The notes under the pieces are model-generated. The model saw only the letters and a program-made list of their open reading frames with translations. It was not told the DNA's origin and did not search any database. A stretch of DNA of 32,000 bases from Sedimentisphaera cyanobacteriorum (GTDB taxonomy: Bacteria > Planctomycetota > Phycisphaerae > Sedimentisphaerales > Sedimentisphaeraceae), in the NCBI RefSeq assembly GCF_001997385.1, contig NZ_CP019633.1:2610001-2642000 (forward strand), written 5' to 3'. Below, piece after piece: positions 14,831-22,849 of this stretch. Numbering within the stretch: position 1 is the first letter of the stretch; each line of letters opens with the position of its first letter. A program made the position numbers and the translations under genes.

Positions 14831-17458
14831 ATGATGAAGAATTTGTGCACCTCGGCTTTATTTTTACTTTTATTTGCTCCTTTCACTGCTGCTTCTATGC
14901 AGGAGAATGTATCAGCGGCAGAGGGTTTGATTGAAAGGGTTTTGGGTAAAAGTGATGCCGCTCTGTTTGAGGTAGAGTTCATATCGCAGCAGGACGGCTA
15001 TGATGTTTTTGAGATAGAGACGATTAAAAATAAGATTCATCTGCGAGGCTCAAACCCCGTATCTGTCGGCAGAGCATTAAAGTATTATTTGAATGAGTAC
15101 TGTAATTGCAGTCTCTCTTGGCGGGGAGATAATCTTAACCTGCCTTCCCCTTTGCCGATGCCTGAATCAAAGGCGCGTGAGAGCACGCCTTTTGAGTATC
15201 GTTACTTCTTCAATAACTGTGTTTACGGCTATTCGCTTGCTGGATGGAATTGGCAGCAGTGGGAGCGGATGATCGATATAATGGCATTGAACGGCATTAA
15301 CCTGCCGCTCTGTCTGCTTGGTCAGGAGAAAGTTTGGCAGGAAACATACCTTGAATTGGGTTTTGACAAAGATGATTTGAAGGATTTCTTCGCCGGCCCT
15401 GCATGGATGCCGTGGCAATGGATGGGAAACCTTGACGGCTGGGGTGGTCCTTTGCCGCAGAGTGTGATTGATAAACAGGCTGATTTGCAGAAAAAGATAT
15501 TATCACGTGTTCGCGAACTAGGTATGAAGCCTGTCCTCTCCGGCTTCTCAGGGCATATACCAGCCGCAGTTGTAAGTAAGTATCCTGATGCGGAAGTTCA
15601 CGAACTTGAATGGCAGGGTTTCGGGCCGACATATCTGCTGGATTGGCAGGAGCCACTTTTTAAGCAAATAGGCTCAACATTTATCAAAAAACAGAAAGAG
15701 ATTTACGGCACGGATCATTACTATTCAATTGACCCTTTCAATGAGATGAGGCCTCCCTCTGATGAGCCGGATTATATCAGGAATATGGGTAAAACCATTC
15801 TTAATTCAATGTTGGAAGGGGATCCTCAAGGCACATGGGTGCTTATGACATGGTTTTGCAAAAGTCCTCAATTCGACTGGAATTATTGGCAGACAGACAT
15901 AACCGAAATTTTCTTTGATTCTATCCCGAATGACAAACTACTTGCTCTTGAGCTCCATGCCGACAGCCTTCAGTGGACAGGATGGTTTAGGCAAAATGGC
16001 TGGTACGGCAAACCTTGGATATGGTGTGCCATACAGAACTTCGGTTATACAGTTGATATATATGGCGGGTTGCCTCAGATAACAGATAATTACAAGATGA
16101 TGGTGGAATCTGATAACAAAGGCAATCTTGTTGGTATGGGTATCGCAATGGAGGGGTTGGGGTATAACCCTGTGGTCTTCGAGCTGCTCTTCGATATGAT
16201 GTGGGCAGAGGGTGTGCATGACCTTGACCAATGGAAAGAAAAGTATCTGCTCAAACGCTACGGTGTGGTTCCTGAATCCGTCAGGAAAGCATGGGAAATA
16301 CTTTATTCCGTTCGTTATACAAGGCACGAAAGGACAGGCGGCACGCCGCTTAGTTACGCTCCAGGGCTTTGGGATGATGCGCAGGTTGATGTAAGACTTG
16401 TAAACGCTTGGCAGCTGATGCTTGCAGGCGCAGAAGAACTGGCAGATTGCCAGGCGTACAGATACGATCTGGTTAACATTGGAAGAGAGGTGATGGGTTT
16501 GTATGCCTCGCATTATTCGAATGCTATAAAAAATGAATTTTACAGTAAAGACGTAGAAGGTTTTGAGAAGGCTTCTAAGGATATGCTTGAATTTATCGAC
16601 GATTTCGATTCTCTGCTTGCCACGAATAAACATTTTCTCCTTGGAAGATGGATAAAAGGATTTCGCTCATTAGGCAGCACTCCTGAAGAGAAACAGCTTA
16701 TGGAGTGGAACGCTAAAAGGCAGATTACAGATTGGGGCGGCAATAATGGTACTTATGCGGTTAAAGAGTGGTCAGGGATCTTCAGCAGCTATACTAAGCC
16801 GCTGTGGGAGATATATCTGAACTGCCTTAAAAAGAGAATGCAGGGTGAAACTGTAAGCGATGAGCAGCTTGAGAAAAATTATGCTGTTTTCAGAAAGAAA
16901 TGGGCTTCTTCTCATAGCGAATTAAGTACTAAGCCAGTTGGTTGTGCTGTCGAAGTAAGCAGGAGGCTTTGGCAGAAGTATGGCATTGAGATCAAAGAAA
17001 ATAATGGCAAAGGCATTATTAAAACTCCTTCTGGTATTGCTGTTGGTAAAAAAGCAGAAGCTCCTTCTTGGGAGAATTACCGAAAACCTGAGTACGCTGT
17101 TGACGGGGATATTAAGCGAGACAATGGATGGTGGGCAGCAGCCCCGGCCGCTATTACAATTGACCTGGAAAAGGTTGAAACATTGTTTGGCTTTCAGGTT
17201 TATACATACTGGGGAGACAGCAGGTATTATCAGTATGAGATCGAAACTTCTCTTGATGGCGAGAAGTGGGTGCGCGTTGTAGATATGCTTTCCAATACGC
17301 GTCAGGCAGGAAGAAACGGCTGCCTGCACAAAATTAAGATTGCGCATCCTGAAGGTATAAAGGCTCGTTACGTGCGTCTTAATATGGTAAAAAACAGTGC
17401 CAACGGGAGTGTTCATGTATCAGAATTCAAAGTTTTCAATTCTGAGATAGGTTTTTAG
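14831..17458 (+). CDS. Alpha-N-acetylglucosaminidase (GH89, NAGLU-like) with C-terminal F5/8 type C (discoidin/CBM32-like) domain
   Basis: Signal peptide present. YRYFFNNCVYGYSLAGWNWQQWERMIDIMALNGINLPL closely parallels the human NAGLU motif YRYYQN.C..SYS..WW.W..WE.EIDWMALNGINL. The C-terminal ~140 aa (YAVDGD...ITIDL...YYQYEIETSLDGEKW..V....ARYVRLNM) look discoidin-like. ATG at 14831 is preferred over TTG at 14828. Confidence 0.9.
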   Translation: MMKNLCTSALFLLLFAPFTAASMQENVSAAEGLIERVLGKSDAALFEVEFISQQDGYDVFEIETIKNKIHLRGSNPVSVGRALKYYLNEYCNCSLSWRGDNLNLPSPLPMPESKARESTPFEYRYFFNNCVYGYSLAGWNWQQWERMIDIMALNGINLPLCLLGQEKVWQETYLELGFDKDDLKDFFAGPAWMPWQWMGNLDGWGGPLPQSVIDKQADLQKKILSRVRELGMKPVLSGFSGHIPAAVVSKYPDAEVHELEWQGFGPTYLLDWQEPLFKQIGSTFIKKQKEIYGTDHYYSIDPFNEMRPPSDEPDYIRNMGKTILNSMLEGDPQGTWVLMTWFCKSPQFDWNYWQTDITEIFFDSIPNDKLLALELHADSLQWTGWFRQNGWYGKPWIWCAIQNFGYTVDIYGGLPQITDNYKMMVESDNKGNLVGMGIAMEGLGYNPVVFELLFDMMWAEGVHDLDQWKEKYLLKRYGVVPESVRKAWEILYSVRYTRHERTGGTPLSYAPGLWDDAQVDVRLVNAWQLMLAGAEELADCQAYRYDLVNIGREVMGLYASHYSNAIKNEFYSKDVEGFEKASKDMLEFIDDFDSLLATNKHFLLGRWIKGFRSLGSTPEEKQLMEWNAKRQITDWGGNNGTYAVKEWSGIFSSYTKPLWEIYLNCLKKRMQGETVSDEQLEKNYAVFRKKWASSHSELSTKPVGCAVEVSRRLWQKYGIEIKENNGKGIIKTPSGIAVGKKAEAPSWENYRKPEYAVDGDIKRDNGWWAAAPAAITIDLEKVETLFGFQVYTYWGDSRYYQYEIETSLDGEKWVRVVDMLSNTRQAGRNGCLHKIKIAHPEGIKARYVRLNMVKNSANGSVHVSEFKVFNSEIGF

Positions 17459-17558
17459 CATTTTCCTGTGAGTGCTGATTCGGCTTTCGGGATCCAAGAA
17501 GTGTTTTCGTGTTAATCAGGCATAGTTTATATTCTGTTTCTGGTTTATTGGAGGCCAA

Positions 17559-18877
17559 TTACTCATTTGGCAGTTCTCCGATAAATGCACCGATATCAGC
17601 CAGCTTGGCTTGCAATTCTTTTATGTCAATTTTCCGAGTGGCAGTTTTGCTTCTGCTTGCCAATGATGCAGCCATTCCGGCGGCCTGACCGGTTATAAAA
17701 CAGCCGGGCATTGTTCGTATTGAACCTTGCATTTCTCTGTCTGTTGAGATTGATCTTCCTGCAGCAAGGAGGTTGCTGAAACCTTTAACGGTGAGTGCTC
17801 TGTATGGTATTCCGTAATGCTCACCTGTTTTATATCTGTTGTCTTTGAAAGTCTGAATCGCCTTTTCATAATCTTCTCTCGAGCTGCTTGAAGGGTGAAT
17901 GTCTATTTCATAAGCGTAACAGCCGATCTGGTCGTTGAATTTGCGTCTTTCTAAATAATCGCTTATGTTAAGCTGATAATCACCCCTGATACGTCTTGAC
18001 TCTCTTATTCCAAGAAGGGATGCGCTGGAGCAAAGCTCAATATTTTCATAGCCCGGCACGTACTCCTGATAGAAATGTTCAAATTCAGGCAGCATCTCGC
18101 GGCCTTTAATCAGAGCTCTTGTTACTGATTCTTCGTTAGTATTGTCGATGTCGTAGATATGCCCCATATTGGCTGAAGCCAGGGTTCTGCCTGTTTGTGC
18201 CATACCTGTGTGGTGTCTGTCCGGCTCGCTGAAGACGTTATCTTTGAAGGCTTTTTCGAGTTTTTCTGATATAAGCTGCATATTCACAGGATCGGCCAAA
18301 TCCCAGTTTACACCTGACCACTGACTGCACAGGGTTGCCGGCATTAAATTGCCGTTTTTGTCTCCGCTGTCATATTCTGCTCCTGCCCTTGCAGAGATAT
18401 CTCCGTCTCCTGTGCAGTCTATGAATACTTTTGCTTTCACTGCGAATATCCCGCTTTTGGAGCTGCAGATAATATATTGAATTTTTCGTTTTCTGCAACA
18501 GCATCCACCACGTTTGTTTGGAATGTTAATTTGAGGCCTGATTCAGCAGCAATCCGGTCGTATATGCGTTTGAGCGGTTCTGCTTTGATGGATAGGTAGC
18601 GGTTATATTTTACCCCGCCGCTGTCTATGACAGCATTGTAAATATCCTTGCCGAATCCGCCTGCAAGGAAGTTCTTTCCATCGCAGAAGTTCATAAACAG
18701 CGGTACAAGTCCCGCCGTTCCCATTCCTCCCAGACATGTATGTGATTCTGCCAGAAATGTGCTTGCGCCAGACTTTGCGGCTGTTGCCCCTGCGGCAATT
18801 CCAGCAGGCCCGCCGCCTCCAATAAATACATCAACGTCATATTTGATTGGTATGGATTTGCTGTATTTTAGAAACAT
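17559..18877 (-). pseudogene. FAD-dependent oxidoreductase (PF12831-like) with its reading frame broken by a 1-nt shift. It is either a pseudogene or a homopolymer sequencing error.
   Basis: Two ORFs (18877-18437 and 18440-17559) overlap as GTGA and sum to 439 aa. The N-terminal part carries DVFIGGGGPAGIAAGATAAKSGAS...GGMGT. The C-terminal part begins at KAKVFIDCTGDGD. In hand translation, the downstream frame stays open upstream of the GTG and reads EKIQYIICSSKSGIFAVKAKVFIDCTGDGD. One extra A in the minus-strand A5 run (plus-strand T run 18482-18486) would fuse the frames. Confidence 0.65.
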
Positions 18878-18912
18878 ATTATAGAACCCTGATAATCTTA
18901 AAAGCTTCCAAT

Positions 18913-18940
18913 ATGATAGAAGGTTTTTTTAGAAAGTCAA
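18913..18940 (-). promoter_or_regulatory. Putative sigma70-like promoter of the FAD oxidoreductase gene
   Basis: The minus strand reads TTGACT (18940-18935), a 16-nt spacer, then TATCAT (18918-18913). This lies ~35 nt upstream of the start at 18877 and 5 nt downstream of operator O1. Based on consensus matching only. Confidence 0.4.
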
Positions 18941-18945
18941 ATATA

Positions 18946-18959
18946 ACGTATCGATACGT
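18946..18959. promoter_or_regulatory. Operator O1: perfect 14-bp palindrome ACGTATCGATACGT (candidate LacI-family site)
   Basis: The sequence is exactly self-complementary with a central CG, as in LacI-family operators. It sits in the divergent intergenic region next to the LacI gene. Confidence 0.6.
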
Positions 18960-19047
18960 GTAAGGCTGCTCGTATTTAAGTGTCTTTAATAAATCATTAA
19001 TATTGCTTTGAATCGCTTATTTATTGCTTTATTTTATTATAAAAATA

Positions 19048-19075
19048 TTGATATGACGTACCGATACGTTAAAAT
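19048..19075 (+). promoter_or_regulatory. Putative sigma70-like promoter of the LacI-led unit
   Basis: TTGATA (19048-19053), a 16-nt spacer, then TAAAAT (19070-19075). Operator O2 occupies 14 of the 16 spacer positions. The ATG at 19101 is 26 nt downstream. Confidence 0.45.
19056..19069. promoter_or_regulatory. Operator O2: ACGTACCGATACGT (13/14 match to O1)
   Basis: There is one mismatch to the O1 palindrome. The left flank is similar (atatA/atatG). Centre-to-centre distance to O1 is 110 bp. Confidence 0.55.
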
Positions 19076-19100
19076 AATGCAGTCGATAATTGAAAGTGAG

Positions 19101-20174
19101 ATGATGGCTCAAAATATTACATTACAGAATATTGCTGACCATGTCGGTGTTTCAAAGTCAACTGTCTCTGATGTGCTTAGAAATCGCCGGGGAAAGGTAA
19201 AGGTTAGCGAAAAAACAAGGGAAAAGATACATGCTGCAGTAAAAGAGTTGGGGTATATACCCAACGCTGCTGCCAAGGCTTTGGTTACAGGCAAAACGGG
19301 CAATATCGGCTTCTTGCTTTCTTCTAAAGTAAATCACGGATTGGCAAATCCGTTTTTTGCTTCAATTATGGCCGGTGTTCAGGCCGGCGCAACTTCCAAG
19401 GGATACAACTGCATCGTAAACTGTTACGATCTTTCCACAGTGAAAGATTTCGTGATGCCCTCTAAACTGAAAAGGAAGTTTGTAGATGGGCTGGTTATCT
19501 CAGGGAGAATAGAAGAAGATATTCTTCAAATGTTCATTGACAGCGGCATACCTTTCATACTGGTCGGCATAAATGCTGATTTCCCTGTTGAAGGAGTATT
19601 ATCTGTAACAAGAAACCTAAAAGATGACTGGAAATCATCCTTTGATTATCTGGTGGGCTTGGGACATAGAAACATTGCCGTTGGCGGTATTGAGACAGAA
19701 TTGGCAAAGCAAATATTTCGAGAGGCTGTTCAGGAATACAAAGATAATTCTGAAACCAGTTTTGTGAAGTTTTCCAACTATACTGTTCCTGATGATTGTA
19801 ATGATGTTATGAATCAGGCTGTTTTGGATGGAAAGAAATGGGCTCATACAAGTACTCGCAGCAGGCCTACTGCGGTTATTGGTCATGACCAATGGTGCAC
19901 TGGATTTATGAAATCAGTATTTGAGGCGGGTTATTCCTGCCCGCAAGACGTTAGCATTTTATGCACCTGCGATACCATTTTGTGTAAGTGGAGCAGACCG
20001 TCTATGACTGCGATTAATCTGCCTATGCATCAGGCAGGAACACAAGCTGCTTGTTTACTTATAGACTACATCGACAGGAATGTTAATTGGATCGAAACAA
20101 ATCGCCGTGCTGGAGATATATGGAAAGTAAATAAACTGACAGAAAGGCAGTCAACCGGGCATTGTCCTGTTTGA
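19101..20174 (+). CDS. LacI-family transcriptional regulator
   Basis: HTH motif: NITLQNIADHVGVSKSTVSDVLRNRRGKVKVSEKTREKIHAAVKELGYIPNAAAKAL. It is followed by a periplasmic-binding-protein-like sugar-binding core. Start is set at ATG 19101 (MMAQNITL). The track start (TTG 19008) would place the promoter and operator inside the CDS and add an AT-rich, non-protein-like N-terminus. Confidence 0.85.
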   Translation: MMAQNITLQNIADHVGVSKSTVSDVLRNRRGKVKVSEKTREKIHAAVKELGYIPNAAAKALVTGKTGNIGFLLSSKVNHGLANPFFASIMAGVQAGATSKGYNCIVNCYDLSTVKDFVMPSKLKRKFVDGLVISGRIEEDILQMFIDSGIPFILVGINADFPVEGVLSVTRNLKDDWKSSFDYLVGLGHRNIAVGGIETELAKQIFREAVQEYKDNSETSFVKFSNYTVPDDCNDVMNQAVLDGKKWAHTSTRSRPTAVIGHDQWCTGFMKSVFEAGYSCPQDVSILCTCDTILCKWSRPSMTAINLPMHQAGTQAACLLIDYIDRNVNWIETNRRAGDIWKVNKLTERQSTGHCPV

Positions 20175-20188
20175 CAGATTTTAAGCTA

Positions 20189-21679
20189 ATGAGTGTTCAG
20201 TTTAATTCCATATCAGAACCGAAGCGGATCTACAGCTTGGATATCCTCCGCGGTATTGCTATTCTTCTAATGCTTCTTGCCAATAATGAGCCGTTTGGCA
20301 GTTTGCCCTCGTGGATGTATCATGCTCAAACTCCGCCGCCAACTCACCAATTCAATCCGCAGCTGCCCGGGCTTACGTGGGTTGATCTTGTATTCCCATT
20401 TTTCATTTTTTCAATGGGAGCGGCTATCCCATTATCCTTGGAAAGACGCCTGAACAACGGGCTGTCAAAATCCAGAGCAGTGTTGGTTAGCCTTAAAAGG
20501 TGGTTTTTCTTGGTTGGTTTTGCTGTTTATGCAAAGCATATCTCGCCTTATTATTTGGCCGATTCTTATGGAGAATGGAAGTGGGTAATTGCTATTCTGC
20601 TCTATCTATTGATGTTTTCTATATGGGGCAGATTGCCGTGGGCGATGCACCGCAAAATAAGGCTTCTGATTAAGTCAGCGGGAATCGCAGCGGCTGCGGT
20701 ATTTTTTGCATTTGCAGATTATGGAGACAAGGGGTTTGATATTTATCGTAACGATATAATTTTGTTTGTGCTTTCTAATCTGGCTTTTTGGGGAGCTCTC
20801 TGCTGGATCTTGACAAGGAATAATATAGTTTTGCGATTTGGTGTCCTTGCGTTTATTTTAGCTGTTCGACTTGTAAGTCAGGTTGATGGCAGCTGGATCT
20901 CACAGGCTGGAAGTTTTATACAAGTCCCATTCTTAAAAGAGATGCTGCATGATAAAGGCGGGCATTGGCGTTGGGTTTATGATTACAGCTGGTTTTTGAA
21001 TTGGAGCTTCCTCAAGTACTTGTTCATCATAATACCTGCAACTGCAGTGGGTGATCTCTTTAACGAATGGGCTCGTAAGTCAGACAGCAGTTTGGTTCGA
21101 GAATGGAGCAGGTGGAGATATCTTATTGCTGCTTTTTTGGTGCCTTTATTGATTATAACTACACTTGTTGGACTGCAGTCAAGGTTGGTGCTGGGTACAT
21201 TTGCTGTTGGCCTGCTGCTCTCGGCTGCTATTGTGTTTATTGCTCGAAGTTCAGAAAACCCAACTGAATTTTTATTGAATAAGCTGATAAGAAATGCAGT
21301 TTTTTGGTATCTTCTCGGTTTAATATTAGAGCCGTATGAAGGTGGTATAAAAAAAGACCCCAGCACAATCAGTTATTACTTTGTAACCGCTGGGCTTGCT
21401 GGATTTTCTGCTGCAGGGATAATTATTTTAGTTCATTATTATGGGCTTTTGAAATACCTCAAATTGTTTGTTTATAACGGCCAAAATCCTATGGCCGCAT
21501 ATTTGGCGGCGCAGAATGTGTTCTGGCCTGCCCTTGCATTAATTAATTTGAGAGAGCCGATTACGGGGGTCTATACTGAATATCCTTGGCTTGGTTTCTG
21601 TATTACAGTTATTCTGGTGGCAGCAATTGGTATTTGGGTGAGTTTATTTTCCAAGAAAAAGATTTATTTAAGAACTTGA
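20189..21679 (+). CDS. HGSNAT-like (heparan-alpha-glucosaminide N-acetyltransferase-like, DUF1624/DUF5009) polytopic membrane protein
   Basis: RIYSLDILRGIAILLMLLANN and GLTWVDLVFPFFIFSMGAAIPLSL parallel the human HGSNAT motifs R..S.DTFRGIA...M.FVN and GLT.ADLVFP.F.F.MG.S...S. About 11 predicted TM helices. ATG at 20189 is preferred to TTG at 20162, which overlaps the LacI gene. Confidence 0.75.
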   Translation: MSVQFNSISEPKRIYSLDILRGIAILLMLLANNEPFGSLPSWMYHAQTPPPTHQFNPQLPGLTWVDLVFPFFIFSMGAAIPLSLERRLNNGLSKSRAVLVSLKRWFFLVGFAVYAKHISPYYLADSYGEWKWVIAILLYLLMFSIWGRLPWAMHRKIRLLIKSAGIAAAAVFFAFADYGDKGFDIYRNDIILFVLSNLAFWGALCWILTRNNIVLRFGVLAFILAVRLVSQVDGSWISQAGSFIQVPFLKEMLHDKGGHWRWVYDYSWFLNWSFLKYLFIIIPATAVGDLFNEWARKSDSSLVREWSRWRYLIAAFLVPLLIITTLVGLQSRLVLGTFAVGLLLSAAIVFIARSSENPTEFLLNKLIRNAVFWYLLGLILEPYEGGIKKDPSTISYYFVTAGLAGFSAAGIIILVHYYGLLKYLKLFVYNGQNPMAAYLAAQNVFWPALALINLREPITGVYTEYPWLGFCITVILVAAIGIWVSLFSKKKIYLRT

Positions 21680-21686
21680 GTTTTAT

Positions 21687-22838
21687 ATGAAGAAATTTGA
21701 AGATTACCAAAAGATATACAGCAAAGATCTCTGCGAAAGGGTTGTCCCGTTCTGGTTGAAGCATTCACCTGACTGGGCTGATGGCGGAACATTTTCATGT
21801 CTGGATAAAGACGGCGCTGTTTACGATGGAAAAAAGTATATGTGGCTTGTTGGACGCTCTGTATGGATGTTTTGCAGGCTGTACAACAGCCTTGATAAAA
21901 ATCCGGAATATCTCAAAGCAGCAGAGCTTGGTTTAAGATTTATTGAAAAGAATGCTGTTGACCCGCAAGGCAGATACTACTTTTCACTTACCAAAGAAGG
22001 TAAGCCATGGTTTTACCAGAGAAAGGTGTACAGCGCAGTATTCATTATGCTGGCTTACCTTGAGTATTATAATCTTAAAGGCGATTCTCGGTATTATGAA
22101 AAAGCTGTGGAGCTGTTTGAGAAGATAAAACTATGGGTTGCCGATCCATCGCTTCTTGGCAGACCAAATATGCCAGGGCGGCCTCCGACAAGCAGCTTAG
22201 CTGATGTTATGGTTCTTGCAAGTATGGCAATAGAGCTTGCGTATATTGAACCGAAACAGGAATACATTGACGTAATGAAGAAGTCTTTATGTGATATCAA
22301 GGCTCATTTCGTTTCTGATAAAAATATACTCATTGAAACAGCTGCTCTGGGCGGTGAAGATATTTCAGAACACCCTGAAGGCAGACTATTTAATCCCGGC
22401 CATTCTATTGAGGCTGCATGGTTTTTGCTTCATCTGCTGAAATTTATCCCTGATGAGGCTATGGAAAAGATGGCTTATGATGTTATTAAAGGTTCGCTGG
22501 ATTATGGCTGGGACAAGAAGTATGGCGGGATATACTATTTTATGGATTTGCAAAACAAACCAACACTTCAGCTTGAATCAAGTATGAAGTTGTGGTGGCC
22601 GCATACTGAAGCGATATACGCTCTTGGCCTTGCATACAGAAACACAGGTGAGCAAATATGGCTTGACTGGTTAAGTAAAGTGCATGAATATGCATACAGC
22701 CACTTTATAGACTATGATTATGGCGGCTGGTTCGGCTACTGTGATAGGCGAGGAAGCTTAACCCACACCTGCAAAGGCGGAAATTACAAAGGCTTTTTCC
22801 ATGTCCCGCGTGCATTGCTTTTTACCTCTCAGTTATAA
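21687..22838 (+). CDS. AGE-superfamily epimerase (N-acylglucosamine 2-epimerase-like), paralog 2
   Basis: Collinear with 4839-5996, at very roughly half identity by eye. Shared motifs: FWLKHSPDWADGGTFSCLDKDGAVYDGKKYMW, PGHSIEAAWFLLH, KLWWPHTEAIYA, GGWFGYCDRRG..GGNYKGFFHVPRA. Confidence 0.8.
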   Translation: MKKFEDYQKIYSKDLCERVVPFWLKHSPDWADGGTFSCLDKDGAVYDGKKYMWLVGRSVWMFCRLYNSLDKNPEYLKAAELGLRFIEKNAVDPQGRYYFSLTKEGKPWFYQRKVYSAVFIMLAYLEYYNLKGDSRYYEKAVELFEKIKLWVADPSLLGRPNMPGRPPTSSLADVMVLASMAIELAYIEPKQEYIDVMKKSLCDIKAHFVSDKNILIETAALGGEDISEHPEGRLFNPGHSIEAAWFLLHLLKFIPDEAMEKMAYDVIKGSLDYGWDKKYGGIYYFMDLQNKPTLQLESSMKLWWPHTEAIYALGLAYRNTGEQIWLDWLSKVHEYAYSHFIDYDYGGWFGYCDRRGSLTHTCKGGNYKGFFHVPRALLFTSQL

Positions 22839-22849
22839 AAGGACTGATA

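Noticed and set aside
17459-17558. Terminator expected between the convergent GH89 and FAD oxidoreductase genes.
   Set aside because: Only a weak 5-bp stem (GATTC..GGATC, around 17479-17496) is present, with no clear U tract on either strand. I made no confident call.
18437-18500. Programmed ribosomal frameshift, or a genuine two-gene split, of the FAD oxidoreductase.
   Set aside because: I recognised no slippery heptamer or downstream structure. The upstream ORF would end in the middle of the FAD-binding fold, and the break sits at a homopolymer. An indel (mutation or sequencing error) is the simpler explanation. This cannot be fully excluded without reads.
19008-19100. Longer N-terminus for the LacI regulator (TTG at 19008 as in the ORF track, or ATG at 19077).
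   Set aside because: The extension is AT-rich and non-protein-like (NRLFIALFYYKNIDMTYRY). It would also contain the putative -35/-10 elements and operator O2. LacI-family proteins normally start a few residues before the HTH.
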